64,000 nt of DNA from Curvularia clavata (Eukaryota), in assembly GCA_023920165.1 (NCBI GenBank), contig CP089275.1, forward strand, positions 62,001-126,000, read 5' to 3'. A model generated the notes under the pieces. The model was given only the letters and a program-made list of their open reading frames with translations. It ran no database searches and was not told the origin of the DNA. A program made the position numbers and the translations under genes. Below are positions 1 to 13,847 of the stretch, in pieces; position 1 is the first letter of the stretch; each line of letters starts with the position of its first letter.

Positions 1-76
1 TATTCCTTTGTTTTGCTTCTTTCTTTTCCCTGGTAAGGATCTCGATGGGAAGATTGCTAATATCTCATCTGAACAG

Positions 77-145
77 ATTACTATCTCGGTTGATCCTGCG
101 ACTAATGCGACCGCATATGCGTATGAAATTTCTGGTGCGAAGTAG
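77..145 (+). CDS. Probable last exon of a gene beginning upstream of the window (ITISVDPATNATAYAYEISGAK*)
   Basis: Branch-like GCTAAT and CAG acceptor ending at 76, then an open frame to TAG at 143-145; product not identifiable. Confidence 0.45.
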   Translation: MTISVDPATNATAYAYEISGAK

Positions 146-720
146 TGAACTGTCACCTCTAGCCTTGTTGTTGATCTCCATGCCCAGAGAGTCCTAAAAC
201 AACCGCGTTCTGGGATTTTGTATGCGAACTATATAGAGGGACTCTCCGCAATCAATCTTCATCTTTCTGTTCATGCATGTATCTGTACAGCAGTGGTTTG
301 CTTCCGCCCCACACATCAATTGCACCTGCATGTGATGTGCTTGAGAACTGCATTGATCCTTTTGTATGTAACATGGACATATGGAATATAGAACTCCAGT
401 TTTTTGCAATGGGATTGAGGTATTCAGTCATGATGGAATATATATGTAGCTTATCAGCGAAACGCTCAGATGCAGGTCGAGGGCAAATGGAAGCTAAGTT
501 ATGTGAAGAAGCTCAAGTACCTGAAAGGATTAACTAGCGTTGATGAGCCACGGCAAAAACAAAATTGATGCCATCACCCCCATTGACACACACAATGATA
601 TCCAGATGAAGCTCAACAAGAAAAGAACAGCAAAAAAGAACGGTACGTTGGACAGATGAGGAAGAGGAGATATATGATAATGTGCCGGAACCAAGACCTG
701 TACTTCGCTTGCATTTTTCT

Positions 721-746
721 TCCATCCATCCATCCATCCATCCATC
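721..746. repeat. (TCCA)n microsatellite
   Basis: tccatccatccatccatccatccatc. Confidence 0.9.
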
Positions 747-1127
747 CGTCCGTCGTTTCAACCTCCCGAACACGCTTTTGACACTAGTTCCTGTAGAAGA
801 CGATGCTGCTGCGGATTTTATGACTTTTCTAAATACTCGCCTCAAACTCCAACCTTGTCGTTGGAAGCTAGGCCGACCTCAACAAGGCTGCCTCCTAACA
901 TTCTCGTCAAACACCACGTTACGGTGATAAGAACCATATCCTCACGAAGTCTGACCACAGGCTGGCTTCATCATCAAGTCTGATGGAGGAGGAAACTGAT
1001 TGATGGAGTGATAGATTAGTGCTGTGAGAGGTATGATATACATGCAATGAGCTACGTGATATCCTCACATGGATAGCTACCCACTCGAACACCCAGGCCC
1101 TAGCCTGCTGGTGTTGTAAAAGCAATC

Positions 1128-3710
1128 TCAGCCCGCTTTTACGACTACCTGCCCACCAGTCAGTCCAGCCGCCTTGGCCGTGACGGTAATCTGCCCTGTC
1201 GCCCCCGCATTTGCCCTCACAATGGCCAAGGCGAGCCCAGAGAATGCCCTACGGCTCGCACTTGGGAAAGCCGTCATGTCCGTGGGGTCGCCGTTATCGG
1301 TCGACACGAGAAGCCCTGGACCGCTGACGCCAAAAGTGATGGTGTTGTCTGCGCGGGGCACCACCGTCCCGTTCGAGTCTGTGACGGCCACGCTGACATA
1401 AGCCAAATCCTTTCCATCGGCGGATATGCTTGTGCGGTCTACCGTGACATTCAACGTAGCCGCCGACCCGGCCGTTTTGCGTGTATCCACTGCCCACTGA
1501 TTGCCATTTTTGTAGGCTACGGCGCGCAGGTCGCCGGCGCTATATTTGACTTTGTCCCAGCGGAAACGATAGACGGACTTGCCGGATCGTTCCTGGCGAC
1601 CAGCAGAGACGCCATTGACGAAGAGCTCGACCTCGTCCGCAGAGCTGAAGACATGCACAGGCGTCACTTGGCCAACCCGTTCCGGCCAGGTCCAATGCGG
1701 AAGAATGTGAGCCATGGGCAATTCGGGCCGCCAGCGAGCTTGATAACTATAGAAGCGATCCTTCTTGAAGCCTGCCAGGTCGACGATGCCAAAGTAGGAG
1801 CTGCGCGCACCACCATTGCCTCCGTAGGGGGTTGGCTCGCCAATGTAGTCGAAACCAGTCCACACAAACTCGCCGGCCACGAAAGGAAAGTTGTCCTGCG
1901 ACTGGAATACCGTGTCCGGGCTGCCTCCCCAACCCGGGTTCTGGAGTTCATACGCGCTGACCCACATGTGGCTGCTGTCGGAACCGCCGTTGTTGTTGTA
2001 TCCGGCGTTGTTGCTGCTGGTTACGGGGAAAAGGTATGTGCCACGAGTGCTGATGCACGACGCCGTCTCCGAACCCCAAATCATCTTGTTGGGGAATTTA
2101 CTGTGGAAGCTGCCGTAGGCGCCATACTCACCCTGGTAATTTAACCCCTCAATGTCCACCACGCTCGGCAGTGCCGCAGTTTCTGAAGCCGAGTTCATGG
2201 CTGACGTCGTGTACCGTGTGGTATCCTCCGATTTGACTATGTTTTGCAGACCCTGGCCCTCTGCACCACCCTGGCTACTGCCCTGCTCTGGAATCTCATT
2301 TCCAAGACTCCATGCGATGACAGATGGGTGGTTTCGGTCACGCCTTATGATGGCACGCACATCTGACTCATGCCAGTCAGCGTAGAGGAGGTGGTAATCG
2401 TTGGTCGTTTTGCCCTGTGACCAACAGTCGAAGAACTCATCGAGCACCATGAATCCCATATTGTCAGCAAGGTCGAGGAGCTCTGGTGCAGGCGGGTTGT
2501 GCGACGTCCGCAGAGCGTTTGAGCCCATCTCCTGCAGCGTCTGTAACTGGCGTTGAGTTGCCCGGAAATTGATGGCGGTACCAATGGAGCCCTGGTCATG
2601 ATGATTGCAGGTCCCCTGTACGCGTACATGTTGGCCGTTGACCAAGAGACCTTTGTTCGCGTCGTAAGTGAGAGAACGGATACCGAAGCGGGTCTCGTAG
2701 GTATCTAGAACGGTTCCGTTTGCCCCGCTGGTGGTCAAAGTGGTGACGGCTGCATAAAGGTTAGGTGTTTGGCCCGGTGGAGGACCCCATAGGCGAGGGT
2801 TAGATATTTGGACGGATCTATTCACTGACTCCTTCTTGCCAGCGTCAACTGTTAGGGTAGCCGTATCGAATGAGGCCACCACGGTCAACCCGACTGTACC
2901 ACTCTGATCGATCGCGTACACTTTCGTATTTACGTCCACCTTTCGAGCCGCATTGGCCAAGTTCTCGATCTGCACGGCTAGGTTCACCGTGGCTGAGCTC
3001 GAAGACACTGAAGGAGTCGTGATAGTAGTGCCCCACTGCGCTACGTGCGTCTTATCCACCTTAACAAGCCACACATTCCTGTAGATGCCCGCGCCCGGAT
3101 ACCAGCGCGAATTATCTACTGCGTTATCTAGTCGTACGGCAAGCGTATTATTGTTTCCAACAGTTAGGTACGGCGTAAGATCCACACGCCATGAGGCGTA
3201 TCCGTATGGCCAACCACCCAACAGGTTTCCGTTTAGCCATACCGCCGCATACGACATGGCCCCGTCAAAATCAAGGAAGACAGATTTGCTTCCGCCCACA
3301 TCCTCCAAAGTCGCAGCAAGTTTCCTCCGGTACCAACCCACTCCGTTCGAAGGCAGCCGGCCCATGCCGCCGCTGACACCTGGTGCGTTGAATGGACCCG
3401 TGATAGCCCAGTCATGGGGAAGATCGACACTTTGCCAGCTAGCATCATTAAAGGACGCCTGAACGTACTGAACATTGCTGCCAGGAGGTGATCCTGAAGG
3501 TTTTTGATGCTTGGCACCATTGACAGTAAAGTCATTGGCAAGGGGCAACATCCATGGCTTTAGCGTGTTGTAAGATAGCGAGTCCGGGTTTGATGTAAAG
3601 CGCGAAAACTTCCACGTCGAATTCAGGCTACTGCGCTCACGGCCGGGGCTCGCTGCTGCCTGAACCCATCCGGCCACTGCGAAAAGCAAAATTGATGAAA
3701 GGATGAACAT
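1128..3710 (-). CDS. Secreted glycoside hydrolase family 2 (beta-galactosidase-like), 860 aa, intronless
   Basis: Signal peptide MFILSSILLFAVAGWVQA; GH2 motifs DLPHDW, SRWYPGAGIYRNVWL, RTSHNPP, DRNHPSVIAWSLGNE (acid/base), FVWTGFDYIGEPTP, RSSYFGIVD. Confidence 0.93.
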   Translation of the reverse strand: MFILSSILLFAVAGWVQAAASPGRERSSLNSTWKFSRFTSNPDSLSYNTLKPWMLPLANDFTVNGAKHQKPSGSPPGSNVQYVQASFNDASWQSVDLPHDWAITGPFNAPGVSGGMGRLPSNGVGWYRRKLAATLEDVGGSKSVFLDFDGAMSYAAVWLNGNLLGGWPYGYASWRVDLTPYLTVGNNNTLAVRLDNAVDNSRWYPGAGIYRNVWLVKVDKTHVAQWGTTITTPSVSSSSATVNLAVQIENLANAARKVDVNTKVYAIDQSGTVGLTVVASFDTATLTVDAGKKESVNRSVQISNPRLWGPPPGQTPNLYAAVTTLTTSGANGTVLDTYETRFGIRSLTYDANKGLLVNGQHVRVQGTCNHHDQGSIGTAINFRATQRQLQTLQEMGSNALRTSHNPPAPELLDLADNMGFMVLDEFFDCWSQGKTTNDYHLLYADWHESDVRAIIRRDRNHPSVIAWSLGNEIPEQGSSQGGAEGQGLQNIVKSEDTTRYTTSAMNSASETAALPSVVDIEGLNYQGEYGAYGSFHSKFPNKMIWGSETASCISTRGTYLFPVTSSNNAGYNNNGGSDSSHMWVSAYELQNPGWGGSPDTVFQSQDNFPFVAGEFVWTGFDYIGEPTPYGGNGGARSSYFGIVDLAGFKKDRFYSYQARWRPELPMAHILPHWTWPERVGQVTPVHVFSSADEVELFVNGVSAGRQERSGKSVYRFRWDKVKYSAGDLRAVAYKNGNQWAVDTRKTAGSAATLNVTVDRTSISADGKDLAYVSVAVTDSNGTVVPRADNTITFGVSGPGLLVSTDNGDPTDMTAFPSASRRAFSGLALAIVRANAGATGQITVTAKAAGLTGGQVVVKAG

Positions 3711-4299
3711 AATGCTAACGGCTCCGGGATTACCTAAAGGTACATATGCGAGTGGTCAAAATCCCTTAATGTCCATGATGTATTAGATGATGCTCTACTT
3801 ATACATTTCGCGGCTACTTGCCACGATAACCAGGATGCCCGGCGGGGAGACTAACGCCTACGCCCCCGCCTTTACAGCTCTGCACCATTACTGGGGTTGA
3901 TGATAGAACTACTTTTATGCGATCTGGAGAAGCTGCGTGACTCCAAATTACCCGGTAATTACAGCAAGGAAAATTGAACGGCGCCCTGGGGCATACATAT
4001 TTACCCAGGAAGATCATGGTTGCAGTTGGCGCATGATCTTTTTTTCTTCTTGACGGAGTGATATTCTCCACATCATGCAATAGAATCTAATACATGCAGA
4101 ATATGATCCCTTTGTGGAATGCAAATTATTCCGGCGCTTTGGGTCAAGGTTTTAAAGTTCATAGATGAGGCCGGGCTAGTAATATAGAGGAAACCAATAT
4201 AGAGTTGCAATTCCCCTCATCTGATCTGCATAAGCGGAGGCCAACGAATGATACCGCTTTTACTAGCAAGGAGGAAACAGGTTGAGTACTATAAGATGG

Positions 4300-6550
4300 C
4301 GATTGGCGAGGGAGGTTGCATAGCCAACAACAAACCCCATATCAGAAAAATAGATTGATTGTGCACGAGGCTCTCTAAGTACAGTTCTCCTCAATAACAT
4401 CGTTGTTCGCATACAGATTTAAGATGACAGAACAAATTTACTTGATATATTCTAGCGTCTCAACTAAGGAGCCTACGGCATGCTACAAGCAGTAAGATGA
4501 GTCTCTCCTTGACTAAGGGTCGCATGGTCAGAAACCATTGGGCGTCTACGTCAACAGGTACTGATAACTGTAGGGCGATAATCACGTGACTTTGGCTTCC
4601 AGCTAAGGCGGAGATGCTGGTATATAAAAAGACGCCAGTGGCCTCCTAAGCCTCCTATAGAAGGACAATGTAGTATTCTGGACCTTGATAGGCCTATTGT
4701 GCAACTACAGCACGTCTATAGCGCCAAAAAGGCTGGCACAAGATATTAACTGCTAACATTGTTACGTAGTTGATACTTAATGGCGGCTACTGCCGCCTAA
4801 TGTTGGGAGAGATACGAGAAATCATCGAGTACTCCATACTGTGGGCCCAGCCTATCACAGATATGTTACGAACCTTAGGAGAGGACGACGTAAAGATATG
4901 GAAAGAATGAAGGAAGGAGCCCATGTCAGGGCTTCGTGGAAGAGAATGGCATAAGCGGCTGATAACGACTATGCGCCCCGCATCCTATAGCCTTAGCGGA
5001 AGGCCACTATAACATTGTTGGATAATGGATTCATTGGCTAATCTATGAAGGGATAGGGATAAGAATATATATGTCAAAAGCTGAGTGGCTGGGCTGCCCG
5101 CCACCAGACTTTTCTTCCCTTCATCATTGCAATAAAGATAAGTCACGTGTGTCACATAGAATTCCGAGATGTCCCACGAAGTCCCTGTTAAACTGTTGGT
5201 GGGATGTTGACACAGCACGAGATGGACAAGAGGAAACTATATGTCAACAGTCGTGTTTTCACGAGACGAATCGCTAGAGATCCTCTCTAGCGATGACAGA
5301 ACCTTTATAGTCTAAGCGTAACTCTCGATGACTAGTTCATACAATGAGGATAAGGGCAATTACGGCTGGATTGGTCCAAATTGGACCGGATCCTGACAGT
5401 CCCACGCGTAAGACAACAACGGACGTTTAGAATAGTAAAGAATACAATAAGTACAAATTTAACTATCTAGCTAAAAAGAAACCTAATCTTGGAAATTTAC
5501 TAGTTGTGTAGTATTGTAGTTTCTATTCCATATAGTTTGGGGCTAGTAAGTAGAAAGTAAAGTAGAAAATTAAAGAGAAATAGCTTATCTTAGACTAAGC
5601 TGATGTTAAGAGTAAGGTCCTTGAGTGGCAGTAATATAAGACCTCCGGTGTCAAGACTCTAGAGGTCAATTTTGGCGGATGAAGCAATAGTGTGTTATGA
5701 ACAAGGGTTCTGCAAGTAACTCGTATATTATCCTTGTACTTGTAACTGAAATTGAACATATAAAGCTATAAGTGCTCGATATCTAGTGATATATACTAAG
5801 GAGTGTAGTTACTTAGTACTAAGCGGGAGAGTGCTTAGTGTTAAGCACTTGTTGTGTCACATTCTAATAGGTTGTCACGCTTGCTAGTGAGCGTTGCGGG
5901 TTCTTGCTTATTAGTAAGCGCTGCTCATCAGCGAGCAATCACGTACGGAGTAATAACAGGGGTGATTCCATGTCGCCTTTTTGCCGCGTTGTAGATTATT
6001 CTTTTAATGCTTGTGAAGGCGGGGAGTCCATCCTTTTCTGAGGGCAGGTTGTAACAGCCAGTTTGACAAAGAGTAGATATAGTAACTAGATGATCTTTCA
6101 AAATAGCTTACTCTAGATTAAGCTACTGTCAGGCGCCGCGCTGACTATATATACTATCCTGTGCAGAGCATTAGCAGAACGCTGATTACTCGTACCTTTT
6201 TGGTTGCAGTGGCCCAGTGGCACAGGGCTGAGCTTCTGACAGCTACTATAATAAAGGGTACATATAATAACTAGATTACCCTCTAAAATAGCCTATTAAC
6301 CCTATAATCTAGTAGCAAGAAGTAAAGAGAAAGCAAAGAGCAAAGAGTAAACAGAGAACAAAGAGGTGAGGCAGCAGATTGAAGTGGCGCAGAAGGCAGC
6401 TGAGTCAGCCCATAGGTGGCGTAGGTGGCAGCTGAGTCATGCTTTTGGGCCTGTGACCTTACAGTTATAGACGAGAGCAATGAAGTCAAGACCATCCAGA
6501 CAGGTAGAAGTATATGTGTCATCTGGTGTAGACAATCAGCAGAATGCTCA
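4300..6550. repeat. Gene-free, TpA-rich tract; probable RIP-degraded repeat or transposon relics
   Basis: No credible ORF; AT-rich patches dense in TAG/CTA/TAA (e.g. 5430-5850, 6070-6340); family not recognisable. Confidence 0.4.
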
Positions 6551-6760
6551 TTACTTGAACCTTTTTAGTTGAAGTAGCGGAGTAGCAAAGGGCGACAGCG
6601 ATAGTGTGCATAATGGAGTGGGGCCAGCTTCGGAGTATATCGGCATCCTTAGTAAGTAGCTTTAGAAACGAAAAATATAATTCAAGATAAGTGATCTGCT
6701 CTTCTTTCCTAGATCCTGACGTTCAGATATTTTCTGCGCGAGGATCTGCACACAACTCAG

Positions 6761-8249
6761 ATGACATTGTCATTCTTACAATCCCTCTCTCTGCGTTGTC
6801 GCACTTTTACTATGACGCGAAATCTATGCAAACCCCGCCCAGCAAAGGTACTTATCATCGGCGGAGGCTATGGCGGTCTTTCGACTGCTGTAAATCTTGT
6901 CAATCTAGGCTTGGGCAAGCCTCAATTGTCAGGATCAGTCTCTGTTCCTGAACTGGACCGCAAACCACAAACAACGCCTGAAATTACTCTTATTGATGAG
7001 CGCGACGGCATTTGTAAGTCATGCGATAAGTCATGGACTATCTCAGAAAACACTCTTCCGTATCTAACAGAGATAGTTCATCTGATGGGGTCGCCATTGG
7101 TACAGACAGATTCCGAGTTTGCTCGAGAGTCTTGGTTACGCTTCAAAGACATTGAACTTCTCAATCGAAGCGATGTCCGAATACTACAAGGGAAGGCAAA
7201 TGATCTTGACGTCTGCAACCAGGTATTGGATTACACAGCTATAGATGGTGAAAAACAGCGATTGGAATACGATTATGCAGTACTTGCCAGTGGTATACGA
7301 CGCTCATGGCCCGTGGCGCCTCGTACAATGAGCAAGGACGCCTTCTTAGATGACACTTCATCTCAGATACGTAATCTGTCAGCAGCAGCGACTATTGTAG
7401 TCCTCGGAGGGGGTGCAGTCGGGGTGGAAATGGCTGGTGAGATCAAACGGGCATGGCCCGAGGTTGCTGTCACTTTGATTCATAGGAATCACTCCCTGCT
7501 AAGTTCTGAACCTCTTCCCGAAGACTTTAAAGCCAGAGTTCTTGATACGCTGAGGCAGTCAGGCGTGCAGGTCAGGCTCAACTGTGGAGTTATGCAATCA
7601 CAGCAGATCAAGACCCACAATGGTAGTCTCAAATGGGAGGTCGTCCTCTCAAACGGTGATTCGCTACTATTCGACGAAAGAATAGATACGATATCTCGCG
7701 TGACTTCGGATACCTATGTACCCCAGAGGTTCTTGGCCGACAATGGTGCTCTCAAAGTGTTACCCACGTAAGTCAGATCCAGAACACTCTATCGACCGTT
7801 CCAATGTAGAGACTGACAGCAAGGTAATAGACTGCAACTTAAATCAGCCAAGGAAGCTCAAGAAACACATTTTGCGGTTGGCGACTGTATCTCATGGCCT
7901 GGTATCAATCGGGCTGGAAGTGCCCTCATAATGGGACAGTATGCTGCAACCAATATTATGAAGCTAATCATATCGAAGGAGGATATGTTCATGGGGCAAC
8001 AGTCTGCTGCTTCTGAGTCCCTTCTGGCATGTCCGAATTTCGAGCCCATGATGGCGATCAGTGTCGGCGACGAGGCTGTTGTGTATGCACCCACAACAGG
8101 AATTGCGTCTGGCAAGAAGGCTAAGGACATGTTCATTGGCCGTGGATATGGTATTGACAGTATGTGTTGTTTGAGTCACGTTCCCTGCATCTGAAAAGCC
8201 TGACACAATCATAGGATGCTCCCAATATCTTGGTCTCGGCGTAGATTGA
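6761..8249 (+). CDS. AIF/AMID-like FAD-dependent pyridine nucleotide-disulfide oxidoreductase (spliced)
   Basis: KVLIIGGGYGG FAD motif, YDYAVLASG, IVVLGGGAVGVEMAGE NAD(P)H motif, HFAVGD; introns near 7014-7076, 7768-7831 and 8160-8214; stop TGA 8247-8249; start may instead be ATG ~6812. Confidence 0.85.
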
Positions 8250-9568
8250 ATACCAACACAGCCAGCGTCTAGCACGAAACAATGGGAGCACCACTTCCAA
8301 TGCTTTTACCATGCTTTCTCCTACCAGGGCGTGATAACTCATTGATCATTGAACGTCAACGGCCAGCATGAATCCGCCTGCCAGTATACAACCAGAGCCA
8401 TTTCTCTTCAATGAGGCCATGCAGTTCAGGTAAGTTTCGCTCAACGTTGTGATTCAAACAGTTAGCTACTGGAGATGATTGCTCGACTTATCTGTCATGC
8501 TTATATACCTTCATCCATTTGGCGTAGCCTATGTCTGTTTATTACCATCCTCACGTCGTCACCTTTGCGTTGTATTTAGATATACTTTATGAGCAGTATT
8601 TGTGTTTTCAGCCTGAACCATCAAGCACAAAAGATTGTGGTAGTTGGCTTCCAACTACCTGTCGATAGCTACTAAAACCGTTGACAATCAGACTATTCCC
8701 GCTCAAATTTGCTGAAAACCTTGGTCGGTCAGTTGCCATGAATCGAAATGAAACAAAACACTGTGCGCATCCCGTAATCTGGGGGATTTTTGTAAGCAAC
8801 TACAATTATTGATAGTGTATTGGTAATTTGAATCTGTTTCCTGTGTGGTTTTAGGCTATTCGCGCTTGTTCGAAGGGGCAGGATGTATGATTTAGTTTAT
8901 AAACACTAACAGATCGGATCCCTTAACATTACTGAGCGGTATGTGAGATTTATCGCCCATAGTGCCCATGCAATAGAATAGATTCGTTTCAACGAGAAAC
9001 TTCAGTCTGACCACATAATCCTAAGCATTGCATTCTATGCCAAGGTGCTGCTGGAATGAGAGACATTGGACCGAAAAATTGACCGAGCATGGTTTTCACT
9101 CGGCGGCACTCTGCTCCACTGAAGAGACTCTTTGCACATTTCCAAGTTACCCGAAGTCTTCAAAACTGGAATCGTTTTTCAACGTTTGAGGAAGCCCGTG
9201 TCTGCGTGCCAACTGACCATTCCAGACAGAGCTTTTTCCTGCCAAAGACTTCTCAGAACGTTGCTCTTCTACCAGACTTAGACAGCTGTCCTGCATAGGT
9301 TACAAATGGACATGCGCATGGTTTGGTTTTTCAGATCTAAGGCTTTGTGCCTGAGAGTTGCCAAGATTTCATTGAGGGTTTTTGGAAGGGGAGATTTCCC
9401 ATATCCGCTTTCTCCGTGGGTAGCAATTGCCAAGATATCTAGCAGGTCTAGCAGGCTTCGTGGCGACTTGACGCTAACTAATTCTATCACGGTTAGCGGA
9501 TGTATGAGTACGAATAGCTCGGATCCCCGCGTTCTCCGCATCATGATACATTCTATCGTCTAGGAGAC

Positions 9569-11684
9569 ATGTCCACTCAACACCGCCAAAAGCGTCTGCC
9601 CATCAGTTGCGAGCCTTGTCGCGTTCGGAAGATTCGCTGCAACCAGCCACGGGGCCCCCCACCCTGTGCGGCGTGCGTGCGTAGAGGCCTCGCATCAAGA
9701 TGCCAGTACGCAGATCGCCACCAGACGATGTCGCCTACACCTCAGTACGTGCCACCATCACCAGCATCTGAACGATCAGCCTTGGATACAGCAGCCTCGT
9801 TGTCGAACAGGGATCTAGCTGCGCGAGTAGCAAATTTGGAGGCATTGGTACAAGCGCAAGCTACAGGCGCGCAAACATCTCCTGGGAGGCTGATTCCACC
9901 TTGTGCTAAGGTCAGAGGAGTTCTTTCAACCTCCGACTCGGGCCATGTTCGCTTCATCCCGTCTACGAAGTTCCCAGGCAGCAATGGATCTGTCTCCGAT
10001 CCACAGCAGACTACACGTCGTTCTATAGATCTGAGCGATGGGCCATATCCTCTGGGCAAAAAGCAAACCAACCTAACCCGCCTTTTGATTGACCTTCCTT
10101 CTCGACGTCATTGCAAGCAATTAAAGGATGTTTACTTTGAATGTTTCGCCACTGTAAGTTCAGCCGAATCGAGGTCCGGACTCTTGTGGCTAACTCAACA
10201 CCACAGCTTTTCCACGTACTGCATGATCCAACATTCAACGAGCAATATGCGGAGTTCGAAAAGAACCCTGAGTCTATGCCACTATCATGGTTAGCACTCC
10301 TTTTCGCCATCCTCGGCACATCCGTAGTAGCACTGGGAGCCTCAAACGAGCTACTAAATGATCTTTCGCGGAAGAACACAGTCACTGATCAGGTTGCCGA
10401 GCTTTCTGAACGTTATCGCAAAGCTGCCTTTAAATGCCTGGAAGCGGACAATTATCTATGGCAACAGAATATTACCACCTTGCAGGCCCTTGTTATCCTC
10501 ATTTACAGCATCAACCATAGTCATGGACAAACGTGGACATTGTTGGGCATGACATTCCACATAGCTCTTTCTTTAGGCTGTCACATTGACCCAAGCGAAT
10601 TTGGTCTCGATGTTGTCAGGTCTGAAGAGCGGCGTCGCTGCTGGGCCGGTATCATGATGTTGTATATGATCCAAAACATGTCAATGGGTCACCTGGGGCC
10701 AGATCCTTGGAATGCATCTGAGGGCGTCCGGATGCCATTGGATCTCAATGATTCCGACCTAATACCTGGAGAGTATGAATTACTTGTTGTTCCAAGTCGG
10801 GCGACTCAGATGTCTTACCTTCTATTCAAATTTCGCCTTTATCACATCTCAAACGAAATTTCTTCGGTTGTGCGAAATTCTTCACAACCTCCAGTTACGC
10901 TCATTGAAAGATTAGACGAACGTATTGTCAATGAGCAACGAAGTTGGCATGATAAGTATTCAGCGGACTCGGCAGCGGCTCCATTACCAACATATCACGA
11001 AGTACATCTTTACATCCTGCAGGGATATTCGCACCAGTTGATGCTACTTCTTCACAATCATTCGATAAGGACCTCAATGGCAGGAACCTCACAACGTCGC
11101 CTGTCGGTGGCAAAGGCCCTCAGTAGCGCCAAGGAGATTCTTCGAATACACGCTATCTTCTTCATCCGGTCTGAATTTTCTTCTTTTGGCTGGTATCTTC
11201 GAGGTATATGCAGTTTCCATGCCTACCATGCAGCTGTGTCACTTATTGTTGTCATTGCGGAGCACACCTGGAATGATGCTTTCGAGGACATCATCCCATT
11301 AGTACAGGATTGTGTTGCAAGATTCGAAGCACTCACTGAAGTGAGCATTATCTGCAATAAGGCCGTGCCTGTTCTGCAGAGCATGTTGTGAGTTACTGTC
11401 ACGAGAGGTGATCACCAAAACAAACGTTTCTAATCATCCACAGGCAAACAATTCAAACTTGGACAATAGAAACTGGTAGCCAACGACAGTTTGGCGGTTT
11501 GCAGCCACAAGACCGGCCCCCACATAGTCAACAGCCGACGTCAACCGAGTTAGGCCATGTGTCAGACTGGTCATTGGATGGCCATGAGTTGAGTGAAACC
11601 TGCCAACCCATACACAATATGATGGCTAGCGTAATTGAGGACTTTGACCCAGAAGTTTGGTTAACGCCTTTCGGAAATTGGTAG
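9569..11684 (+). CDS. Zn(II)2Cys6 transcription factor with fungal TF middle homology domain
   Basis: SCEPCRVRKIRCNQPRGPPPCAACVRRGLASRC; LGCHIDP...EERRRCWAG; introns ~10154-10207 and ~11387-11443. Confidence 0.92.
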
Positions 11685-11804
11685 TGAGGAACGACTATTG
11701 TGTGTTGTGTCTAGTAATCTCGAATGCATGGAATACGGAGCACATTACGAAGTACTTAATTTGATAAGATGAAAACACTGTTGGCCCGTCGATCGGTGTG
11801 AGAC

Positions 11805-13421
11805 TTAGTGAAGCTTCGTCTCAATCTGCATTGACTTCTTTACAGTGGGATACCCCTTGTCTGGCACAATGACATGCGAATTTCCGTATTCAGCCGCAAC
11901 GGGTGGCGGCACATACTCCCTTCTACCAGCCTTGTGTACTCTCCCATTGATGCAGATGATGTTCAGCCTATCGTGGTCTTGTAGGACTGCTATGTCTTCT
12001 AGAGGATTCCCATCTACTAAGATGCAATCTGCATAATAGCCAGCTTGGATTTTCCCCAATTCATGAGACCGCATGAATAAAGCCGCCACCCCGGCTGTTG
12101 CCGCGATAATAGCTTCGTGTTCGGTAAAGCCAAGAAGCTTCACGAAATGCTCTAGATCCCGTGCGTAGGTCCCATGCGGAGTCCATGCAAAGCCATAATC
12201 GCCACCAGGCAAGACGACAATACCCCGAAGATGCATTTCACGTAGGCCAGCAATGGCATGATCGAGCTCGCGTTTGTAGCCTGCTTTTTCCGCAGCTGCC
12301 TTCGGATATCCAAATGCCTCAGCATCATTCAATGTGCATATTAGCCAATTGATTGCAGGAACGACAACGTGTTTCTTTTTGGCTTCCTCGAGCATTTGCA
12401 TGCCTTGGTCGTCGATGTAAGATGCGTGATATATTGCCTCGACACCATGTCGAACTGACATGATGACGGAGTCGCGGGCACGAGCGTGTGAGCATAAACG
12501 TTTACCATGCCTGTGGGCCTCGTCTACACACGCTTGAGTCTCTTCATCGGTGAAGTAGCAGTCTTGAGCTGATCGTGTCTCGGTAATCTACACATTCAAA
12601 TCAGGGAAGACTCCAATAAGAGAAACCCACTGCATCCTACCTCCTCACCACTCATGCTGAGTTTGACGTTATCAACACCTATGCCAACATGGTGTCTGAT
12701 GACCTCTCGCATCTCCTCTGGTCCATCAGCAAAAGCTGTGATGCCTCCCACAAGCTCGCCCCCACGTCGGGCCATTTCCTTTCCATTGGCAAGGTATCGA
12801 GGACCGGGGATGTCCCCTGCATTGATCGCATCTCGAATGACGACATCTAGTCTTTCTTTGGCAGACGCTGCACCAAAACACATGGTGTAACCTGAGTCCA
12901 GAAAGCATTGTGCACTGCGCATTGTCAATAGGGTGTGCTCTTCGACACCTAACGTCCCTAACTGATCGAGATCGCCACCATTCCAGCTGAAATGTGTGTG
13001 GCCATCTCCTAGACCCGACATTAGCGTGCGTCCCTTTCCGTGGAAAACTCTGACATCAGGTTGTGTCTTTAGTTGTGCTACACCCGGTACTTCGCCCACT
13101 GCTACGAAGCGCTCTCCTGGAAGGCAAATTTAGCTTTACTGATGTTCGAGTTCATAAATAGTCTACTTGCTACCTACCTTTAATTAGAACGTCTCCGCGA
13201 AAAGGTTCTCTACCAGTAGAATCCAGTATATTCACATCTAAGAACAGGATCTTTGATTCAGGATGTGTACCGAAGATTTCGTAGTTTGGGGGTTGGAGTT
13301 TCTCGTTCCACTTGATGTTATCGATAGACTCGATATTTCGAGGGGGTCCCCGGTACGGCTTTGGTTCCGCATCGACGGTTGGCCATGAGGGTAGTGCAAT
13401 CTCAGTGTGCGCTGACGCCAT
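11805..13421 (-). CDS. Metal-dependent amidohydrolase superfamily protein (~500 aa)
   Basis: Exons 13421-13178, 13116-12641 and 12587-11805 join in frame; GLGDGHTH metal motif, VDNVKLS, CSHAR, IYHAS, PGGDYG, GKIQAGYYADCILVDGNPLED. Confidence 0.9.
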
Positions 13422-13595
13422 TGTAATGAAGTTACAAAAGTCAACGATATACGTACTTGATTCCGAAGAACAGGTTCAAAATTGATAGTCACGCAAGAGG
13501 TAATGTTGGAGGTGCAGGATCTATTAAACGTACTCTAATCGATTACACGGTCCGCAAGCACAACACAAGGGATCATACGTTCGGCAAACGAGCCA

Positions 13596-13621
13596 TGTGT
13601 GTGTGTGTGTGTGTGTGTGTG
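13596..13621. repeat. (TG)n microsatellite in the amidohydrolase / cytochrome b5 divergent promoter
   Basis: About 13 TG units. Confidence 0.9.
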
Positions 13622-13663
13622 ATAATTTGGTTCAGATCGCCACCCGATCGTAATGTCCATCAT

Positions 13664-13686
13664 CCCCGCGCCCCGCATATCCCCGC
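13664..13686. promoter_or_regulatory. Three CreA/Cre1-type SYGGRG sites (CCCCGC)
   Basis: CCCCGC at 13664, 13671 and 13681 (reverse strand GCGGGG) in a divergent promoter. Confidence 0.45.
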
Positions 13687-13847
13687 GTTCCGCAGCCTCC
13701 CCCTCCTCCCGCACTGCCGCCATCTCCGTTCTTGCTGCTGCACAGACCGTAAACCCGCGCCCTTTCCCCCAGTTCCTTCACTTTGCGCATGAACAAGTAC
13801 ATCATCATCCACTGCTCTTTTCTCAAGAACAAGATATTCGATTCAAA

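Noticed and set aside
4830..5952. TACTCCATAC ... GTACGGAGTA as possible termini of a MITE
   Set aside because: Only ~10 bp of inverted match, and the motif is very common in these genomes
13653..13847. Upstream extension of the cytochrome b5 ORF (237 aa)
   Set aside because: It overlaps GC-box promoter sequence; the ATG at 13848 has the better context (CAAAATGG)
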